Below are positions 56,296 through 64,000 of a stretch of 64,000 bases of DNA, in pieces (the stretch's first letter is position 1; the number at the start of each line of letters is the position of its first letter). The stretch spans positions 385,696 to 449,695 of the forward strand of contig JAAOMT010000602.1 of the NCBI GenBank assembly GCA_016748015.1, in the 5' to 3' direction. This stretch comes from Geosiphon pyriformis uo1 (lineage: Eukaryota > Fungi > Glomeromycota). The notes below the pieces were generated by a model that saw only the letters and a list, made by a program, of their open reading frames with translations, was not told the origin of the DNA and searched no databases. The position numbers and the translations under genes are program-made.

Positions 56296-59200
56296 ACAGT
56301 GGTCACATAGTCAAGTGTTTATTTCTTCCAACCATTGCTCTTGTTCTTTTTGAGTAGGTGCCAACTGTTGATAGTGCTCATGGAATTCTTCCAGATTGTC
56401 TTTAATGTTGCCAAATACGTGAAACATTAGGACATATTCAGATTCAGGTAAAGATAGAGGGTTGTTTTTGATTTCTAGTAGTTTACTGGTTGTTGCATCT
56501 TCTGCTTTCACACTTGCTATTCTCCAGAGTTCATGTTTGTTATGTAAATATCTTTCTAATTGTCATAATGCTCATTTCCAAGTGTCATCAATTGGTGTTC
56601 TCTTGCATATCCAATCATTGATTAGTATCATATACTGGCAGGTTTCATCGCATGTTCCTCTTCTCCCAGAAATGTTGTTTTACATTCCTTCATCAAGGAG
56701 AGTTTCCCCACATGCTAAACATGGTGTATTATTTCATTTTCCTACTTGTTTTGGTCTTCCAAAGCATTTGACAAGGCATGCACAGCAATAAAACTTAGTT
56801 GCTGTCTGGTATTCCTCATCATTGCCACAGCAGGTGCCCATTGATGACAATTTTTTGCCACAATCAATGCATATAAGCTTTGGTCAACAATAGCTTGATA
56901 ATTGTGGTAGTATATATGTATAAGGGGTGTAACTGGCAGTTGGTAGTGACTCCTCTTCCTTCGCTTTTTTTTCTCTTTTTCTCTCTTATCCCATCTCTAA
57001 ATTGGTGGTTTTTCTAAGTTATGGTCGGTGTTCCAGGCTTGGTCTGCATTCCAAATAGGTTCTGTTCTCTTCTGTTTTCCTTTGCCATTGTTGTCTCATG
57101 AGAGTATTAGTGGTAACTTGTTGTGTTCTTCATCGGCCCATGAGACTTGATATGCTTCCCAAGTAGGTTTTGGTTTTTTTTTTCAAGATCAATTAGTGAT
57201 GCTGTAGTGTTGGTAGCTTTGAAATGACCACACGTTGCTGGTACTCGCATGTGTCGACTATTCTGGCTAAGTACTAGTTCTTGAGTTGTCTAATCGAGCA
57301 TGGTGTTGGTTTTGAATAGCCAATTATTACCAACTAATGCTTAATATTGGGTGGCTTTTATCACCAAAACTTTGATGAGTACTATGATGCCATTGACTTC
57401 AATTGGGAAGTCATCAATTTTGCCAATTGGGGTTTTGATGGCTTCATTCGCAGTGATAATTCTGGCACTGGCAGTACAATTAACTCGGCAACCTAATTGA
57501 TCTATAAGTTGTCATGTGATGATGCTGCCTGCTGAACCATTGTCAAGGATTAATTTGATGAAGTGGCCATTGACCTTGGCGTCAGTGTACATAGCTGTGA
57601 TCAGTTTCTCTTCAAGTGCTGCTCTACTGAATAATAGCATATCTGATGGTTCCTCGAGTTCGAATGGGAAGATGGCATCTAAAGATTCATTTTTGGTAAT
57701 TGTAGCAGGTGGGATATTATTGGTAGGTGGTTGTTATTGTTCGATTCCCTGATTGCTGGAAGGGGCGTCTTCTGGAGTCACTAGAAGGCTTAAATAGTAT
57801 TGGAAATTCGGGTTTTGGGTGGAACCAGTACCCAAATTCCACTGACAAAATCCTGATTGTTGGTAGGAAGAGCTGAGAATCGGTTAATGTACAACTATTG
57901 CTGATCTCCAGTTTTGGGTGATCCTCAATCTTGGGTTCTCTGATGTCATTTGAGCTGAGTTTGCTGGTGGTGTTTGAATAGTGGGTGTTTGATAGATTGC
58001 TGGTGGCTGCGGTTGATATATTACTTGTGGCTGTGCCTAATAAATTGCTTGTGGTGGCAGTTGATAAACTGGAGTTTGATAAACTGGCGGTTGATAAATT
58101 GGTTGATGCATCATAAGTAAGTAAGTGAGTTGGTATTGGTCTTGATTCGGGTAATGGTTCGGAGTCTGGAACTGGTGATTAGGGTTTCTATATTGATTTC
58201 CCGATCATGGATTGCTATAAGTATGACAGTTGGCTCTGATGTGCCCTTGTTTACCACAGTTGTAACAGATGTGCATCTCTGGCTGCCACAACTGATTGGA
58301 TGACAACAATAGACGTGACTGATTTTGAAAACAATTTGTGTTTCCTTAATTGTTACATCATTGAGGAGGTTGATAAATCGTGCAATTGTCAGCTAAGTAT
58401 CTCTCTAATTTCTGATTAATTGAATCACTGAATTGCTTCAATTTGGAATCCAATTCAGATGATCTATTTATTGCTAGATTTACAGCTTGAGTGTGATTAG
58501 CTTCTAGTTCAGCTGCTTCAAAATCTCTGGTGTATGTGACTGTAGTTGGAAGGTCCACTGGGTGCATTGGACATACTTGTTGTAGGATGCTACTGTGCAA
58601 TCTTCTAATAAATTGATTTAAAATCTGTGGTGCTGTGAAATAGTCAGCTTAGATGGCTTGTATTTGGCATAGATTTCTATGGAAGCATCCCAAGTAAGTA
58701 GTAACTGCTTCAGTGTCTTCTTGTCTAATTGTTGTAAAGGTGTTGGCTAATTTGTTAATATTATTATTGTTGCTAAAGTACCACAAGAATTCAGTTTTGA
58801 ATCCATTAAAATTTTGGGGTTTGACAGTAAAACTTTGATATTATGTATCAGTGATATCCTAAAGAAAGTAAGGGATTGCTTGTATTGCTCTAGTATTATC
58901 CCAATTATTGGCTGTAATGACTTTAGCTATGTTATTTAATCAGACTTGGGTGTCGTCTTCTTCACTGTTGAATTTGTCAAGTTTCACAATAGGTGCATAA
59001 GCCATTTGTTGTTGCTGTGATGATAGAAGTTGTTGTTGTTGTTGGGACGGTACTAGTGGCAGTTGTTGATTTTGTTGGTTCAGTGGTTGGATGGGCTGGC
59101 CAATTGGTTCAACGGATGGTTGATCAATAACAATAACTAGAGGTAAGTATTAATTAATTACTTCAGGTTTGAATTGTTCTGATTTGGTGGGGTTTGAATA

Positions 59201-61542
59201 TTCGGAATGTCATTTTCTGAATTGTCTAAATTGGGCTGGATTTGAAAGTTCGGGGTTTCAATTTCCAGGTTTTCTAGGATTGGGTTTTGGTAAGTAAATT
59301 CTTGATCCTCAAATTCTTCTTCTTCTTCTTCTTCCAATTCAGTAATTTTCCAAGGGTTCATGATTCCGAAATTCGGTTAAGGTGACAGTGATCAAAATTC
59401 TGATAACGTCGGTGATTGAGATTTAAATCCTTTAAAATACTTGCCATATGGTCCTAATAGATCTTCTTTTCTTTGTTTACTTTGGATGGGAAATGTCCAA
59501 ATGCTAATGTCGCATTTGATGTGAATGTGTTTGTTGATGATATATTAATGGCACTTCCAGAGGTATAGTGGTAGGATGAATTGTTTGGGGACTCAACTCT
59601 AGTTTTCTTCCAAGTGGGTGGTTGTATCCTTTGAGGTGTTACTACTGGTGTTTGTAGTTTTTCTTTGCCTTTACTTGTGTAAGTAATTGGGTATCTTTGT
59701 TGTGTATGGTGTTCAATTTTTTTGTTGATCTCAGTGATGATGAATGCAAAATTATGATTTGTGAGTAGGCTGGTGTTTTGAATTAATTTATTGTAAAAAG
59801 TTTCTTTCGCTGATTCAATATTTACAGATGTTCCCAACAGATAGGTAATCTTTTTGTTAATGTAGAAATTGAAAGCTGATTCTGCTGATATGTGATTATG
59901 GGTTAATCCTAAATGTTGACAGTAATGTTGAAATAAGAATTTCGTGAATCTTAGATGGTTTGCTCTGACATTTTTTGATTCTGTCACTTTTGAATGAGGT
60001 TATTAGTGCTGGTTCTCTGTAGGATTATACCTCATAGGGAGCACCAAATGTTATGAGTGATTCTTTGGGGTCTCAAATTAAATAAAAAACTTGTAACTTG
60101 GTGCTAAAAATTATTTGCATTAATGTTATTAATCTGAGGGTTTTGTATCTGAAGGTTTTGGTTTGAGTTCTTTGTATAATGGACAGAGATTCAATAGTTG
60201 TTTTATCTGTAGCTTCCCAGAATCACAATTCTGTCAATTTTTCTCTCGGCATAATGGCCAACAATCTTTTGATAAGTATTCCATATCTTCTGTACATGTC
60301 CTACCCTCTTACAGGGGTCTTTTACTAAACAATCTTTGACGTTAGTAATCTAGTGCTTTATTCAACCAATTAGTGCACAACAATAAAATAAAAAATAAAA
60401 AAAAATAAAAAAAAGAAATAAAAAAAAATCATGAATAAGCCAAAGAGATTTTACAAGTCAGTATTCCATCAATAGCCGTGATCAAGAGCTATTGTTCTAG
60501 TGTGTTTAAGTATTAATTATTATTAACATAAAGTATTGATAGTAAAATTAGGTTTGAGATACCAAATAGTTATTTATTGTGTTTGGAAGATTGTCTAGAT
60601 GAAATCTAAACTTTGAGGTCTGTCTTTTTTCAGTTTCTAATACTACTGCTATATATACATAATTGAGATTCCTCAATTCCTCCATTTTTTACAACAGGAA
60701 TTCTGAAATTCCTGGAATTCTGCAATTCTTTTGAGAGGAATCCTGCAATTCTAGAATCCTGCAATTCCTTGTGAGAATCCTGTAATTCCTGGAATTCTGC
60801 AATTCCTGAGAGGAATTCTGGAATTTCACATTTACTATGTCTACTTCTGATTAGCTAATAACTATGCTAATATATATTCCCTATATTCCTATGAGTAACA
60901 ATGGTTTAGCAATAATAATAAAAATATTATGTTAGAACACATACATAATACTGATGCAAAATTTGATCTAAAATATTCAGAGAAATATACCATAATATTG
61001 GAGCCTAATATGCACACTTGTATCAATTTGAAGATAGCATTAGAAATCCCAGTAACAATAATAATTCAATTAGCATCTAAATTTAGTTTAATAAAAAAAG
61101 AAATCAACATTAAAGAAGGAATAATTGACACAAGATATGTAAGAAATATTATTGCAATGTTACAAAATGAATCAAAAAAACCATATATAATTGAACCAAA
61201 TAAAAAAATAACACAGGCAATATTTCTACCTCTAATAAAAATAATTCAATTAGTGTTAGTAAAAACAAAGAAAAAATTAGGGATTACAGCCAGAGGAAAA
61301 AATGAATTTAGATTAATAGATAGAATAAACATACCAATTAATATAGTAGAAAAAAAAGTAATTAATAAAAAAAAAATTATCTTCACCTATCAATCAGTTT
61401 CTATTTTACTATATGACCAGTATATATTAGTAATAGAAAGGAAAATAAAGAAAAATAAAGAACCATCCCAGATTTTTGAAATAGAACTGACTATTTGTAA
61501 ATCAGAAAAGATTGGAATCACCAATTTTTATATACTGGCCAA

Positions 61543-64000
61543 TATTACAAGTGATTATTTGGAGTCTTAAGGCAAATAACAAACTTGTAACTTGGTGCTC
61601 AATTGATATAATGGTGTTGGCAATTTCTAAAGGTGTAATTTCTGAAGGTTTTGATTAAGTCTTTTGTATAATAAACAAAAATTCAATTGATAGTTTTATC
61701 TATAGCTTCCCAAAACTACAGTTTTGTTAATTTTTTTCTCAGCATAATGGCTGGTAATCCTCTTGATAAGATATTCTTAATTCCAAATATCTACTCTTAT
61801 TTCTGGGTCTTTTACCAGTACTATATTCTGACATTAGTACCTCTGCATGTAAATCTTTTAATCAAGTTAACAAACAACAAAAAAAAAAAAACAAGAAAAA
61901 AAAAAAAAAAAATAAGCCAAGGCAATTTGCATGTTAGTATCCTGTCAATAGCCATAATTAAGAGCTATTGTTTTAGTATGGTTAAGTGTTAGCAACTATC
62001 AACATGAATTGTTAATAGTAGAGAGTAAATTGAGATGGTAAATAATTATTTATTGATATTTGTAATGTAAAAGATTACTTAGATCAAATCTAAACTGGGA
62101 AGTCTGTTTTTTCTTTTTCTAATACTACTGCTATATATATATAATTAATGTTTTACGAGATTGTTTACATTCCCGAGTGATGTGGTATGATTTTTTGAGC
62201 TATGTGCTTATATGCTAACTACTACTCTCTTATTGGTTTACTATTTTCTATAACTGTTTTTCTTTTTTTATAAGTAATATTATCTCCTTCTTTTAATATT
62301 GAGCTTCATCAAAATTCTCATTTTGAATTATATTGAATACTTTTTTTTCAAGTAGCATCTGTTCTACCTTACTTTTTATTTCTTCAATTTGTGAGTTGTT
62401 CATTCTTTCTCATTGGTTGATGATTATTGTTTTCATATTAGAGTGTAATAATACTTCTGGGTAATTTTGAAATATAGTGTGTAGTTAATAAATAGTCCTG
62501 ATATGTAATGTCAAGTTTGTTTTCTTTCCAATAATGTCTTTAATGTTTCTGATTATCTTTTGATTGAAGATTCTCTTGAATTTGTCAAGATATAACTTCT
62601 GAATATCTACTTTTCATCCCAATTAATAGTAGCAGTATGGTATTAGAAGCTGGTCTATCCATTGGTTCCAATTTTTTTTTGCCAGTTCTTCTATTGAAAC
62701 CATGGTAGTTATTTTTTCAAAAATGTTCTTTACTTTCTCTACTATTTTATCTGACCAGTTTATTAATTGTTTTTGTAGTCACTGGTATGGTGTATTTTTC
62801 CTTTTTTGTTTGGTGTTTTGATAACAGATTGTTTGGTTATTGATGATAATTTCCATGTTTACTTGCTGTTGACTTAAAGCCTAAAACAATTGTTGAGCTA
62901 ATATGTGAATATAGTCTGGTATTTCCATTTTTTTTTGTTGCTTTTATTGCATATACTGTGTCTTTATATACTCTTTTGGTTGTTCAATTTTGATGTGTTT
63001 GGTTCAATAACTACAATTGGTTCCAGATATTATAGAATTTTATCTGATTGAACTAGTATTCTCTGTGCTCCTAGTTGTGGAATATTATTGGTGGATGTTG
63101 ATGCTATGTTTTGATAGAGTTTTAGTCAATCTCCATGTGCTGCTTTGGTTAAGATTTTGTTGTTTAACCTTAATTTATAAGCTTCATTTCCTAGAATTTT
63201 TTCTATGTGAAATAGTTCATCCTATTTGGAGTCAAATTTTCCACTTCATTGTTTTTTTACTTTAATATGATATAGAAGTACTTTGTCTTCAATCTTGAAT
63301 TTGACTGGTTTCTTTGGTAGTTGGTTATTATGTCTTTTTTTTGTTTTTTTTGTGACTTTTGGATATTATCAGCTGTTTTTTGCTGTTTGTTTTCTAATGT
63401 CTCTATTAAGTCATATGTTCTTCTTCACAATGTTTTTTAAAAATTCTCTTCTGTTATTGGTTCTGTTGAATATGTTTTGATTTCTATCTTAACTGGTAAT
63501 GTTGTTGTTCTACTGTATATTAATTCAAATGGTGTTGCTTGTATAATGTCTTGTTTTATTATTCAATAAGCAAATAATACTGATGGTATGAACAAATCTC
63601 ATTTATTCTGGTTTTTTTGACTGATCTTGGCTATTGTTTCACACAGTGTTCTGTTGAATTTTTCAACTAACCCATTTGTTTGTAGATAGTATGGTGATGA
63701 TAATAGTCTTTTTATTCCAAATCTTTGACTTAATTCTGCCAATGTTCTATTTACAAAGTGAGTTTTTTGATTTGATAGTAATTCTTTTGGATATTCATAT
63801 CAACAAATCAAATCTTGATGAACAAATTTGGCAACAGATTCTGTATTTGCTCTTTGAATGGCTTTTGCTTCTGACCATTTTATAAGATAGTCTATGGTTA
63901 TTGCAATATATTTGTTGTCTCTATTGGTTATGGTTAATGGTCTGACTAAGTCAATTCCAATGTAATCAAATGGTTGTTCCATTTTGATTGGTCTCAATAG
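61543..64000 (-). mobile_element. Ty3/gypsy element E (3' LTR, extra ORF, integrase), inserted in pol of B; truncated by the window edge
   Basis: 3' LTR 61543-62279; PPT ~62280-62295; 62300-62950 matches 38610-39270 in reverse complement; integrase PFDYIGIDLV at 63800-63997. Confidence 0.9.

Larger units (their letters stand above)
50768..60900 (-). mobile_element. Full-length Ty3/gypsy element D, the least degenerate copy, inserted in pol of element B
   Basis: LTRs 60049-60900 and 50768-51605; TSD ATGG (50764-50767 / 60901-60904); PBS TGGTGCTCCCTATGAGG (60030-60046); PPT ~51606-51620. Gag from ~59987, knuckle CYNCGKQGHIRANC (~58250), protease (~57545), dUTPase in 54937-56295, RT YLDDT (~54540), RNase H 53941-54219, integrase 52563-53480. 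Confidence 0.95.
45044..61542 (+). mobile_element. Ty3/gypsy element B (5' LTR, gag, protease, Cys-rich region, dUTPase) hosting three nested insertions; 3' part lies beyond element E or outside the window
   Basis: 5' LTR 45044-46947 (split by solo LTR C); PBS at ~46950; gag with CHYCGKQKHLQIDC (~48670); protease LILDSKS (~49360). The reading resumes after element D as LRW|FSNNNKNIMLEH into the dUTPase ORF 60929-61570. Confidence 0.9.

Noticed and set aside
57700-58200. Programmed gag-pol frameshift site in element D
   Set aside because: Too many secondary stops and indels to distinguish a programmed shift from decay without a consensus.

Overview
This is very AT-rich eukaryotic DNA, most likely fungal. 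The gene content and repeat proteins suggest Glomeromycotina, and from memory resemble Geosiphon pyriformis (unverified inference). A small intact gene island (~12.9-21.7 kb) holds an intronless MATA_HMG-type HMG-box gene, a 5-exon DcpS/DCS1 scavenger decapping gene and a 7-exon UBE2T-type E2 gene. The rest is mostly decayed, nested transposable elements: RNase H-containing LINEs; two ORF1-only LINE derivatives carrying the LINE 3' tail (HAL1-like); a TIR-bounded DNA element with a USP-like peptidase pseudogene; and four Ty3/gypsy LTR elements plus a solo LTR. The gypsy family has 4-bp TSDs, an elongator-tRNA-Met-like PBS, a Cys-rich insert plus dUTPase between protease and RT, and an extra ORF after pol. 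Repeats show strongly directional G:C->A:T hypermutation, often CpA/TpG->TpA, while the genes are intact, which is a RIP-like signature. An unexplained ~135-bp GC island at 17.0 kb is either a structured RNA or a 44-aa micro-ORF.
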